Counted from the stretch's first letter, positions 1 to 7,418 are shown. The stretch: DNA of 24,918 bases from Planctomycetota bacterium (GCA_043802345.1 JAZDLC010000067.1:1-24918); one strand, 5' to 3'. Numbers and translations: made by a program. The notes: a model not told the origin generated them from the letters alone.

Positions 1-1
1 T

Positions 2-247
2 GACCTGCGCCATGCCTTCGGCTCCCAGCTCGCCGCCGCCGGCGTCCCACTGACGCACATCCAGCGGCTCATGGGCCACAAGGCGATCGCCACCACGATG
101 CGCTACGCGAAGCACCAGCCAGACGATGCCGGCCGTCTCGCAATCGCCCGACTCGAACAGGCCCGCCATTCGAACAGTTCGGCGTCGACCGAAGGCGACG
201 TTGCACATGCACCCGACCGCTCGAACCCCTGGAGAGAGAGCCCATGA
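2..247 (+). CDS. Tyrosine recombinase (phage-type integrase), C-terminal fragment; the 5' end lies outside the window
   Basis: The frame starting at nt 2 has no Met and translates to DLRHAFGSQLAAAGVPLTHIQRLMGHKAIATTMRYAKHQPDD... up to a TGA at 245-247. This matches the tyrosine recombinase C-terminal box (R-H...LLGH..I.TT..Y), including the catalytic RY tyrosine. The ORF track misses it because it has no in-window start. Confidence 0.7.
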   Translation, partial: DLRHAFGSQLAAAGVPLTHIQRLMGHKAIATTMRYAKHQPDDAGRLAIARLEQARHSNSSASTEGDVAHAPDRSNPWRESP

Positions 248-275
248 CAAGAGACAAGAGGGAGGATTCTAGAAC

Positions 276-605
276 ATGATGTGGAAGGCAGTGCAGCAGC
301 GAGAATGCATGGAATGTGGAAAAACCGCGTCCATTGAGGTGACCGTCCAAGATGGCCCCATTCCCAGGATCGGCGAGACCATCGTCGTGAATCCAAGCCC
401 TGGCCTGGTCTTGTACGTCGATGAAGCTCCCTACCGGTGCACTTCCGATCGGGTCGGGACAGTCATCGGCGCCGTGGTGGAAAACGTGGTCTACTGGCTG
501 ACCCCACCGGAGGGGGAGGTTCTGCTGGAACTCTCCGAGGAAAAAGGGTCTTGTCCTCGGTGTGACCCGTTTATGGAGCCGATTCCAACCAATCCGGCAC
601 CGTGA
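276..605 (+). CDS. Hypothetical small protein with two CxxC pairs (putative zinc ribbon)
   Basis: A strong Shine-Dalgarno (SD) motif GAGGGAGGA sits 6 nt upstream of ATG 276. CMEC is at residues 11-14 and CPRC at 93-96. The composition is protein-like. It lies between the integrase fragment and the TAC-like cassette. Confidence 0.5.
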   Translation: MMWKAVQQRECMECGKTASIEVTVQDGPIPRIGETIVVNPSPGLVLYVDEAPYRCTSDRVGTVIGAVVENVVYWLTPPEGEVLLELSEEKGSCPRCDPFMEPIPTNPAP

Positions 606-616
606 CGAGAGGATCT

Positions 617-1033
617 CTACTTGGGAGTTCTAGGAACCGTGAAGTTCATCGGCGGAAGGATGACCTGAATCAACCCGGCTCGGCGACAGAGATCGCTGAT
701 CGCCTCTCGCGCGAAGCCGTAGAGGAACGCTGGAGCATGCACCCTCTGGACCGACTCGATATCCACGTCGCTTTCATTCTCGACGAGGAATCTCGCTGAG
801 AAAGTTGCAGCAGCCTTCCAAAGATCCTTCTTCTCATCGACAGTTCCGCTGACAACCACAGTGAGCCGGTGCTCCATGCCGACATCCCTCTGAATCGGCG
901 CGTGCGTCTGGATCTGAAAACTGACCCTGTTCGTCGTCTCTTTCGTTGGGTCTTCAATGGTCCAAGCAAAACTCATCTCAACTAGGTTGACCTGAGTGAC
1001 TGAATAGCCCTTCGTTGGTACTGGATCGGTCAT
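617..1033 (-). CDS. SecB-like export chaperone (solitary SecB homologue, TAC-type)
   Basis: The 138-aa product resembles E. coli SecB. FQIQTHAPIQRDVGME aligns with FQIQRIYTKDISFE, RLTVVVSGTV with VVLRVTVTA, and AFLYGFAREAISDLCRRAGLIQVILPPMNF with [29 protein letters not shown]. Its start overlaps the upstream gene's stop as ATGA at 1030-1033. Confidence 0.8.
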   Translation of the reverse strand: MTDPVPTKGYSVTQVNLVEMSFAWTIEDPTKETTNRVSFQIQTHAPIQRDVGMEHRLTVVVSGTVDEKKDLWKAAATFSARFLVENESDVDIESVQRVHAPAFLYGFAREAISDLCRRAGLIQVILPPMNFTVPRTPK

Positions 1034-1605
1034 GCCGCCTCCGCCATCTCCTCCGCTTCCTCACGTTCGTACTCGGGAGGAGGGCCCACGATGCACTCGA
1101 AATTGACCGAGCCTGCGTTGAGATTTCCAATTGGTGTCCAGTCACCGTGAGGACAACTAGCACCTGACACCAGGCCGAAATCCGGAACTACCAACCTCCC
1201 TCCGGCAATCTCCTTGAACCGTGCATCGAGGTGAACGGGCAACGACGGGGGGAGCACCGAAATGGTGAAGGACCGAGCAACGGTTGGAGTGTACGCGTCG
1301 AAAACGACGCCAAAAGCAGCTCTCACATCCTCCTCGGTCCGAACATGCCCCTCGCGAGGATGCGCCCAGACGATCGATGCCCCAGCGCCATCCACCGCGA
1401 ATTCGCGAGATACGATCTTTCGCAGCAGCTTTCGCTGGAGATCTCGGGCATCTCGACCAAGTGCACCAACCACATTGTACTGCAGTACCATCCCCTCGTC
1501 GGCACCCGCGCATCGCGTCACGAAGACCGGGTACGGAAACACCTGATCGCGTAGCTCCCTCAGCACCTCTCGAGCTATCTGCATATCTGGAGCAACGTCG
1601 CTCAT
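1030..1605 (-). CDS. Hypothetical protein with acidic C-terminal tail (candidate antitoxin of a TAC module)
   Basis: The 191-aa ORF is translationally coupled on both sides (ATGA at 1602-1605 and 1030-1033). I recognise no known domain. A hydrophobic patch SVNFECIVG is followed by the acidic tail PPPEYEREEAEEMAEAA, which could be a chaperone-addiction segment. The antisense ORFs are low-complexity. Confidence 0.55.
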   Translation of the reverse strand: MSDVAPDMQIAREVLRELRDQVFPYPVFVTRCAGADEGMVLQYNVVGALGRDARDLQRKLLRKIVSREFAVDGAGASIVWAHPREGHVRTEEDVRAAFGVVFDAYTPTVARSFTISVLPPSLPVHLDARFKEIAGGRLVVPDFGLVSGASCPHGDWTPIGNLNAGSVNFECIVGPPPEYEREEAEEMAEAA

Positions 1606-2015
1606 GGATTCACACCTAGTCCTTCGAGAAGTGCCCTCAGCTCTCTGAGATCTTCCAATACGTGGGTGCGTTTGGGGCTTCCTGGACCGTAGTCTGCCTC
1701 GATTCGCCTCTGTTTCAGATCCGCGTAGCGCACCGAGTTCTCCGTGGCATCCTGCCGATTCCAGCCACTCCCAAGAAAAGCGGCCCGGGCGTTGCTTTGG
1801 ACCCGTCCATGGTCCCAGTTTCCTCTTTCGTTCTTCAGAGCCTCTGGGTTTAGCCCCCTCGCGAGCAATCTCGCGATAACCGCCTGGAACAGGGCGTAGT
1901 AGTTCCTTGTCGCTGCTGGCCGGTGGTGCTCTCCAGGAGGTTGAAAACCCATCAGAACTTCGGACGCGCGATAGTTTGCTCGGGATCGATCTCGGAACTC
2001 CTCGGGCGACGACAT
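1602..2015 (-). CDS. HEPN-domain protein (candidate RNase toxin)
   Basis: The 137-aa product contains NYYALFQAVIARLLARGLNPEALKNERGNWDHGRVQSNARAAFL. This is the hallmark HEPN helix (AYYAxFHAAxALL) followed by an Rx4HG motif. It is the first gene of the coupled cassette. AAGAGGGA lies about 12 nt upstream of the ATG. Confidence 0.6.
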   Translation of the reverse strand: MSSPEEFRDRSRANYRASEVLMGFQPPGEHHRPAATRNYYALFQAVIARLLARGLNPEALKNERGNWDHGRVQSNARAAFLGSGWNRQDATENSVRYADLKQRRIEADYGPGSPKRTHVLEDLRELRALLEGLGVNP

Positions 2016-2150
2016 GGGTTGCTATCCCTCTTCTTGCTTTCAGTAGCAGAATACCGCACCACCGGCCGCCGCCACATCACTTTCGCTGTTGCGGCTCAGA
2101 GAGAGCTTTTCTCGCTCGCCGGTACTGTTCTGTGGCGGTGGCGGACCAGT

Positions 2151-2176
2151 GCACAAGGGCACACGTAAGGGCACAT
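2151..2176. repeat. GCACA x3 / AAGGGCACA x2 direct repeats with 12-bp spacing
   Basis: The sequence reads gcacaagggcacacgtaagggcacatg. It lies between the cassette promoter region and the tRNA fragment. Confidence 0.4.
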
Positions 2177-2251
2177 GACCGAAACTCCATGCATTCAATC
2201 CTCCGTAATACGATTACAGCAAATGGGTTGCAGCATCCTCACGGTACATCC

Positions 2252-2312
2252 GCGCCAGATTTAGGATCTGGTGCCGAAAGGCGTGGGGGTTCGAGTCCCC
2301 CCTCTCGCACCA
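2252..2312 (+). other. Truncated tRNA-Leu(UAG) 3' portion (anticodon arm, long variable arm, T-arm, acceptor 3' strand, CCA); putative att-site remnant
   Basis: CCAGA-TTTAGGA-TCTGG forms an anticodon stem-loop with anticodon TAG, U33 and G37. TGCCGAAAGGCG is a type-II variable arm. GGGGGTTCGAGTCCCCC is the T-arm. CTCTCGC-A-CCA is the acceptor 3' strand, very close to the E. coli tRNA-Leu 3' end. No D-arm and no matching 5' acceptor strand (GCGAGAG) is present upstream, so this is not a complete tRNA. Confidence 0.55.
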
Positions 2313-2435
2313 TGCGGCCCTTGACGGGATGGCCGGGGAATCCACCCTCCACCGGAGCGCCCTCCCGGGTAACCGGGCGCCCTTCGCTTCGTCCTCGTTC
2401 CCGAACCGAGGCTCGGCGCTGGAGGGCATGGCGAC

Positions 2436-3380
2436 TTGGAACAGAGAGACTACCCGCGCGACGATTTCGACGGCCCCTGGAAGGAAGCGCTGGAGATCTA
2501 CTTCGAGGACGCTCTCCGCCTCCTGATTCCGGACCTTCATGCCGCCATCGACTGGAATCAGGAGGTCGCATTCCTCGACAAGGAGCTGCAGAGTTTCTTC
2601 CCGGATGAAGGCAGCGGCAAGGGAATCGTCGATCTGCTTGCGCGGGTCATGACGCAGAAAGGCACACCCGCCCGGATTCTGCTCCATGTCGAAGTCCAGG
2701 GGAATGTGGATCGATCGTTCGCCCTGCGCATGTACCAGTATCAGTACAAGGCGTTCGACCACTCCGGACTCCCGGTCGAGAGCGTCGCCATTCTCGCCGA
2801 CCTCAGCCCGTCCTTCCGCCCGGACCATTTCGAACAGGTCGCACTGCATACTCGGATCCGATTCGACTTCACGACCGTCAAGCTGCTCGACTTCGAGGAC
2901 CGCGTCGACGAACTGGGAACCAGCGACAACCCGTTCGCCATGTTCGTGCTGGCGTATCTCCGCGCGCGGCGGAATCGGGATGGCGAGAGGCGGTACCGGT
3001 ACAAGATCGAGCTGGTGCGCCTCCTGTACGACAGAGATTTCGACCGCGTGGACGTGGTACAATTGCTGCGGTTGCTCGACAAGGTCATCGGGCTGCCGCA
3101 CGACCTCAGAAGACCGTTCCAGCATGCCGTCACGCAGATCGAGGAGGATCGGACGATGACCAGTTACGGGAGCCTCGAGGAGTTGGCGATGGAGAAGTAC
3201 TCTCGCAGAGCGATCCTGACCGTGATGGAAACGCGGTTCGGGACCCTGCCTCCAGAGCTCAGTGCGGCCCTGGAGCAAATCGAGTACCTCGACATCCTGG
3301 ACGGACTTGTCCGCCAGGCGGTGCTGGTCGAGGACGTCGAAACCTACCTCACAGCCGTGAGAAAGCACGTCCCCTCCTGA
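2436..3380 (+). CDS. Putative Rpn/YhgA-like PD-(D/E)XK nuclease or transposase, DUF4351-type C-terminus
   Basis: The N-terminal DGPWKEALEIYFEDALRLLIPDL, the core motif GIVDLLARV...ILLHVEVQ (D...E-V-Q) and the C-terminal TVMETRFGTLPPELSAALEQIEYLDILDGL all match this family (recognition from memory, no search run). The antisense 410-aa ORF 2214..3446 is an artefact. Confidence 0.8.
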   Translation: MEQRDYPRDDFDGPWKEALEIYFEDALRLLIPDLHAAIDWNQEVAFLDKELQSFFPDEGSGKGIVDLLARVMTQKGTPARILLHVEVQGNVDRSFALRMYQYQYKAFDHSGLPVESVAILADLSPSFRPDHFEQVALHTRIRFDFTTVKLLDFEDRVDELGTSDNPFAMFVLAYLRARRNRDGERRYRYKIELVRLLYDRDFDRVDVVQLLRLLDKVIGLPHDLRRPFQHAVTQIEEDRTMTSYGSLEELAMEKYSRRAILTVMETRFGTLPPELSAALEQIEYLDILDGLVRQAVLVEDVETYLTAVRKHVPS

Positions 3381-3434
3381 GGGCCAGTCCGATTCTCCGG
3401 TGGCCCGGCGAGCAAGTCGGGAGCGCTCTCCCCT

Positions 3435-3470
3435 GGCCGCAGCCACCGGCCCCCTTCGTGCTCTTCGTGC
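3435..3470. repeat. About 35-nt imperfect direct repeat, copy 1 (GCAGCCACCGGCCCCCTTCGTGCTCTTCGTGC)
   Basis: It is about 85% identical to copy 2 at 3626..3660. The two copies flank the small EYEY ORF. Confidence 0.5.
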
Positions 3471-3667
3471 TACTTGCCTCGAACTTCTTCGCGGCGCGCG
3501 TAGATCTTTCCATACTCGTACTCAGCGAAGCGGTACTCGTACTCGAACCCCCCACGCGGGTCGGCCTTCGACGATTCGAGTGCGCGTACGAGTACGGGAT
3601 CGATGCCCGGCACCTCTCTCTTTGGTTGCGGCCACCGCCCCCCCCTCATGCTCTTCATGCCCTTCAT
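3470..3667 (-). CDS. Candidate small protein (65 aa) with EYEY repeats; uncertain
   Basis: The ORF reads MKGMKSMRGG...GGFEYEYRFAEYEYGKIYARREEVRGK and starts 14 nt after the flotillin stop. The EYEY repeats account for the nucleotide-level ACTCGTACTC repeats. The SD is weak. It could instead be a non-coding structured region. Confidence 0.2.
   Translation of the reverse strand: MKGMKSMRGGRWPQPKREVPGIDPVLVRALESSKADPRGGFEYEYRFAEYEYGKIYARREEVRGK
3626..3660. repeat. About 35-nt imperfect direct repeat, copy 2 (GCGGCCACCGCCCCCCCCTCATGCTCTTCATGC)
   Basis: It is paired with copy 1 at 3435..3470. Confidence 0.5.
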
Positions 3668-3683
3668 GGTTCAGCTCTGACGA

Positions 3684-5291
3684 TCAGCCGTCCTGCCCCT
3701 TCTTCTCGGCTCCTTCCTTGGCCTCCGGCTTGGCCGCGTCTTTCTTGCTCTCCTTGGCCGGAGCGGGCTCCTCCTGCTTCACGAGCCTGCCGAAGAACTC
3801 CGGCATCTCGACGCCGCCGACGTCCTTCATGATCTGCATCATCGGCGGGATGGCTCCGCCCAGGCTCTTCAGGAAGCCCGAGGTGGCGCTGCCGTTCCCG
3901 CCGGCGTTGCCGCCGTCCCAGACGATGACCTTGTCGAACTTGATGTTGGAGATCGCCTTTGCCGCGGTCTCCGAGAGATGATCGAGGTGCTCCAGCATCA
4001 GCATCTGGAACGCCTCGTGCGACCCGCCACACGCCTGGACGATGCTGCGCAGACCTTCGCCCTTCTTCGCCAGGATCTCGTACTGGCCCCGGGCCGTTGC
4101 GTCGAGCCTCGCGAAGATGGCCGACGCCTCGCCTTCCGCCTCGATCCGCCGCCTTTCGGCCACGGCCTCCGCGTCGACGATCACCTTCGCCTTTTGTGCC
4201 TTGGCCACCGCCTCCAGCTCGGCCCTTTTTTCCGCCTCCTGCTTGGCGGCCATCGCCAGGGCCGCCTTGGTCTCCGCGTGGTACTGCGCCTCGAGCACTC
4301 CGGCCTCCGCCTCGCGCTTTCGCGTCTCGCCGATTTGGTACGCCTCCGCTTCCTTGACCTTCAGGGTGGCATTCACGTCGGCGATCTGCGCCTTCGATAG
4401 GTTCTCGCCGGTGACCGCCTTGGCGTTGGCGCTTGCCACCTGGATGCGCATCTCCCTTTCCGCATCCTTGATCATCGACTCCTGCTCGAAGCGGGCCGTC
4501 TCCTCGCCGACCGCCTTTTCCTTCTCCAGCACGGCGAGCCTCACCGCCTGCTCCCGTTCCGCCTCCTTGGTGCCGATGCTCTGGAACTTGACCGCGTTTG
4601 CAACCTGGATCTGCCGTTCCCGCTGGTTCTCCGCCACACCGATGGCGCCCTTCTTCTCCTGCACCGCCACGTCCACCAGCGCCTGCTGGATCGCCTCGGA
4701 CGCCGCCTTGCGGCCGATCGCCTCGATATACCCAGACTCGTCGGTGATGTCGGTGATATTGACGTTGATCAGCACCAGCCCGATCTTCTCGAGTTCCGGC
4801 TCCAGAGAGCGCTGGATGCTCTCCAGGAACTTCTCGCGGTCCCGGTTGATGTCCTCGATCAGCATCGACGCGATCACCTGACGCAACTGGCCGAAGATGA
4901 TGTCCTCGGCCTGCTTCATGATCTCGGACGTGGAAAGCCCGAGCAGACGAATCGCCGCGTTCTGCATGGTGGGGCCCTGGGTCCCCACCGCCACCGTGAA
5001 CACGCTCGGAACATTGACCCGGATGTTCTCGATGGAGAGCGCGCCTTTCAGCGGAATCTCGATCTGGATCGGATCCAGGCCGATGTACGCGTAGTCCTGG
5101 ATCAGAGGCCAGATGAACGCGCCGCCGCCATGTAAGCACTTGGCGGACTGGCCGGAGGCGACCTTGCCGTACACCACGAGCACGCGGTTGCTGGGGCAGC
5201 GCTTGTAGCGCGTGACCACCATCATCAGCATCAGGAAGGCGACGAACAGCGCCGCCACGATGATTCCAATTGTGTACGGATTGTCAGGCAT
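3684..5291 (-). CDS. Flotillin-family SPFH-domain protein (YqiK/FloT-like)
   Basis: An N-terminal TM segment is followed by the SPFH region VLVVYGKV...GGGAFIWPLIQDYAYIGLDPIQIEIPLKGALSIENIRVNV. There is a long Ala/Glu/Lys coiled-coil region and a charged tail. The start overlaps the nfeD stop as TGATG. Confidence 0.9.
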   Translation of the reverse strand: MPDNPYTIGIIVAALFVAFLMLMMVVTRYKRCPSNRVLVVYGKVASGQSAKCLHGGGAFIWPLIQDYAYIGLDPIQIEIPLKGALSIENIRVNVPSVFTVAVGTQGPTMQNAAIRLLGLSTSEIMKQAEDIIFGQLRQVIASMLIEDINRDREKFLESIQRSLEPELEKIGLVLINVNITDITDESGYIEAIGRKAASEAIQQALVDVAVQEKKGAIGVAENQRERQIQVANAVKFQSIGTKEAEREQAVRLAVLEKEKAVGEETARFEQESMIKDAEREMRIQVASANAKAVTGENLSKAQIADVNATLKVKEAEAYQIGETRKREAEAGVLEAQYHAETKAALAMAAKQEAEKRAELEAVAKAQKAKVIVDAEAVAERRRIEAEGEASAIFARLDATARGQYEILAKKGEGLRSIVQACGGSHEAFQMLMLEHLDHLSETAAKAISNIKFDKVIVWDGGNAGGNGSATSGFLKSLGGAIPPMMQIMKDVGGVEMPEFFGRLVKQEEPAPAKESKKDAAKPEAKEGAEKKGQDG

Positions 5292-5911
5292 CAGTTGGCT
5301 CCCTCGTCCAGAGACACGACTTCCAGGGTGTCGTCCGCGGGTACGCCGACGATCCTGACCATTGAACCAGTCTTCAATTCCTTGCCGGCCGTCACCGCCT
5401 TGGCCTCGACCGTGCGGCCCTGAACGGCCACGGTCACCTTCCCCCTCCCCTGGTGATTCCCGGGGATGCTCAGGTAGACCTTCGCGGCGGAGCCGATCGA
5501 GTTGCGCAGGTCGACGTTCCCCGAGGACTGCAGCTTCGAGAGGCCGGCCATCAGCCAGGCCACGATGTAGAGCGCAGCCGAACCGGAGGCGACCGAGATC
5601 ATCAGCGTCGGCACCGCCGAGACGCCGCCGCGGGTGGAGGCCATGCCGGAGAGGCCGAAGAAGGTCACGAACGCGACCAGCGTCTTGAACGTCAGCACCT
5701 TGAAGAACGCGTCGGCGGCGTCGGCGTGCGCCTCGGCTCCCCCATCCATGTCCAGGTCACCGTCCAGGTCGGCGTCGGTGTCGCTGAATCCGATCAGCAC
5801 CATGATCACCTGCAAGGCGAGGATCCCGCCGCCGATGATCGAGCAGTAGAAGTAGACAGTTTCCATGATTCGACGCGTCCCGAAAAACCAGCCCGTGGTA
5901 GCTGGAGACAC
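5291..5911 (-). CDS. NfeD-family membrane protein (YqiJ-like flotillin partner)
   Basis: N-terminal TM helices are followed by a C-terminal OB-fold-like KVTVAVQGRTVEAKAV...MVRIVGV. It is coupled to the flotillin gene. The start is GTG at 5911 (GGTGGAG upstream) or possibly ATG at 5866. Confidence 0.75.
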   Translation of the reverse strand: MSPATTGWFFGTRRIMETVYFYCSIIGGGILALQVIMVLIGFSDTDADLDGDLDMDGGAEAHADAADAFFKVLTFKTLVAFVTFFGLSGMASTRGGVSAVPTLMISVASGSAALYIVAWLMAGLSKLQSSGNVDLRNSIGSAAKVYLSIPGNHQGRGKVTVAVQGRTVEAKAVTAGKELKTGSMVRIVGVPADDTLEVVSLDEGAN

Positions 5912-6023
5912 CTGCCGGGCTCCACCTACCCGCCACGTCGGGGATTATTCTAGGGAGGTGCGTTGCCGGGCACCACCGCAAACGGGGACCCGGCCGGCGG
6001 CCGGATCCCCGTTCGACACGTCT

Positions 6024-6053
6024 CACTTCCCTATGGCTTTCTCAAGGGAAGTG
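6024..6053. promoter_or_regulatory. Perfect 9-bp inverted repeat (CACTTCCCT-N12-AGGGAAGTG) spanning the stop codon of the secreted-protein gene
   Basis: Seen directly in the sequence. No U-tract follows on the minus strand, so it is not a canonical intrinsic terminator. Confidence 0.3.
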
Positions 6054-7418
6054 GATCATGGACGGAGCCCCCAACTGCGCGGGCAGGCCGAACAGGGTGC
6101 TGCCGAAGTCGTACGGCTGCGCCAGGAGGATCCAACCACTCAGGGGATGGCCGAGCGGTCCGCCGATCACGGCCACTCCGTTGAAGTCCGCGGGAACCTG
6201 GGCCACGCCGTAGGTCGGGACCGCGTAGAACTGAGGGAACCAGCGGCCGTGGATCGTCGAGCCGATCGGCTGGTACCCGGGGATCGCCGGTTGCAGGCTG
6301 AAGAAGAGCGCGATCGACTGTCCGGGAGTGCAGTTCCCGATGTCGAATTCGACCCAGTTCTCGCTCGGGTAGTTCACTTCGCCATCCACCACGTCCGTGA
6401 CCAGGGCGCGGCCGGTCTCCGGCTGCACCGTCAGGGCTCCGATTCCTCCGCTCATCGAGCCGAGCCCGAAGTGTCCCAGATTCGGCACCGCGGCGCCCAG
6501 GGGCGGACCGGAACCGGTCGTGGCGAACTCGCCGTTGTTCTTCGTGGTCAGCACCACGGGACCCAGACTCTCGCCGGAGAAGTACAGGTTCGGATGGGGC
6601 TGTCCATCCAGTCCGATGAAGGTCTGCGCATTGGCGTCAATGGCCAGACAGGTGAGATCGCCGATCGTGGAGGAAGTGGTCAGCCCGGTGTTCGCCACCA
6701 TGGCATCCACGTCCGCCTCGTTCAGCAGCAGCACGGCGGAACCAGATGTGACGGTGAGCACTACACCGGAGCCGGCGAAGGTCATCGCCGCGGCCGGGAT
6801 CATCACCACTCCGCCGTCGCCCACCAGCGTGCCATTCACCATCTCGTCATCCGCGAAGGAGAGGTAGATGTTCCCGGCCACATCCTGGGTGAAGGCGTTG
6901 GTGTCGAGGGCGTCGACCCCGGAAGTCTGGCCCACCGCCGACAGGATCTGACTCTCCAGCAGCACGCTCTGTACGAAGTCGCCGCCGGACGCTCCGGGAA
7001 CAAACCGGAAGACCGAACCCTTGGAGACGCCGCCGAACGACTCGCTGGTCGAGAAGACGAACGAAAAGACGTTTCGGATCTCGAGGGGAGGCGCCGGAAC
7101 CTTCAGGATGTCGATGGCGTCGAAGCTGCCGATGAAGTTCTCCGCAAAGACCCCGTCCGCATCGTGATCCCCGAGGATCGTATCGATCGTGACGTTGGTC
7201 AGGATCTTCTCGCAAGAGAAGGTGAAGACCGGCTGGAAGCTCACGACATCAGTCGGTCCGAGGTTGGCCAGGACCGTCCCGCTCGAGCCGGAGGCCGTGG
7301 TGCCGCTGCCGTTCAGGACAAAGATGGCTGCGTCGGGGCCCGGGACAATCTGCGCCGAGGCGCTCAATCCGAGTACGGAGATCAGGAACAGGGTGCACGG
7401 GGTTCTGCGGATCATCAT
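6042..7418 (-). CDS. Hypothetical secreted Ser/Gly/Thr-rich protein with N-terminal signal peptide
   Basis: Good SD (GGAGAAGTGAGG) precedes the ATGATG at 7418/7415. The signal peptide is MMIRRTPCTLFLISVLGLSASA|Q. The track start at 7463 adds 15 residues with no SD. The antisense 528-aa ORF 5865..7451 is Arg/Gly/His-rich and an artefact. Confidence 0.6.
   Translation of the reverse strand: MMIRRTPCTLFLISVLGLSASAQIVPGPDAAIFVLNGSGTTASGSSGTVLANLGPTDVVSFQPVFTFSCEKILTNVTIDTILGDHDADGVFAENFIGSFDAIDILKVPAPPLEIRNVFSFVFSTSESFGGVSKGSVFRFVPGASGGDFVQSVLLESQILSAVGQTSGVDALDTNAFTQDVAGNIYLSFADDEMVNGTLVGDGGVVMIPAAAMTFAGSGVVLTVTSGSAVLLLNEADVDAMVANTGLTTSSTIGDLTCLAIDANAQTFIGLDGQPHPNLYFSGESLGPVVLTTKNNGEFATTGSGPPLGAAVPNLGHFGLGSMSGGIGALTVQPETGRALVTDVVDGEVNYPSENWVEFDIGNCTPGQSIALFFSLQPAIPGYQPIGSTIHGRWFPQFYAVPTYGVAQVPADFNGVAVIGGPLGHPLSGWILLAQPYDFGSTLFGLPAQLGAPSMIHFP

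Noticed and set aside
1030-1605. Calling the 191-aa cassette protein a minimal nucleotidyltransferase (MNT) antitoxin
   Set aside because: No GS-x(9-13)-D-x-D/E motif or other Pol-beta signature could be found by eye, so it is left as unknown.
2226-2312. Possibility of a complete tRNA-Leu gene
   Set aside because: The sequence upstream of the anticodon stem has no D-arm (no GG/TAGAGC-like loop) and no 5' acceptor strand complementary to CTCTCGC. Only the 3' about 60 nt are tRNA-like.
2214-3446. 410-aa ORF antisense to the Rpn-like gene
   Set aside because: It is Arg/Gly/Pro-rich low-complexity sequence. It fully overlaps a well-supported + strand gene and the tRNA fragment. This is the typical high-GC antisense artefact.
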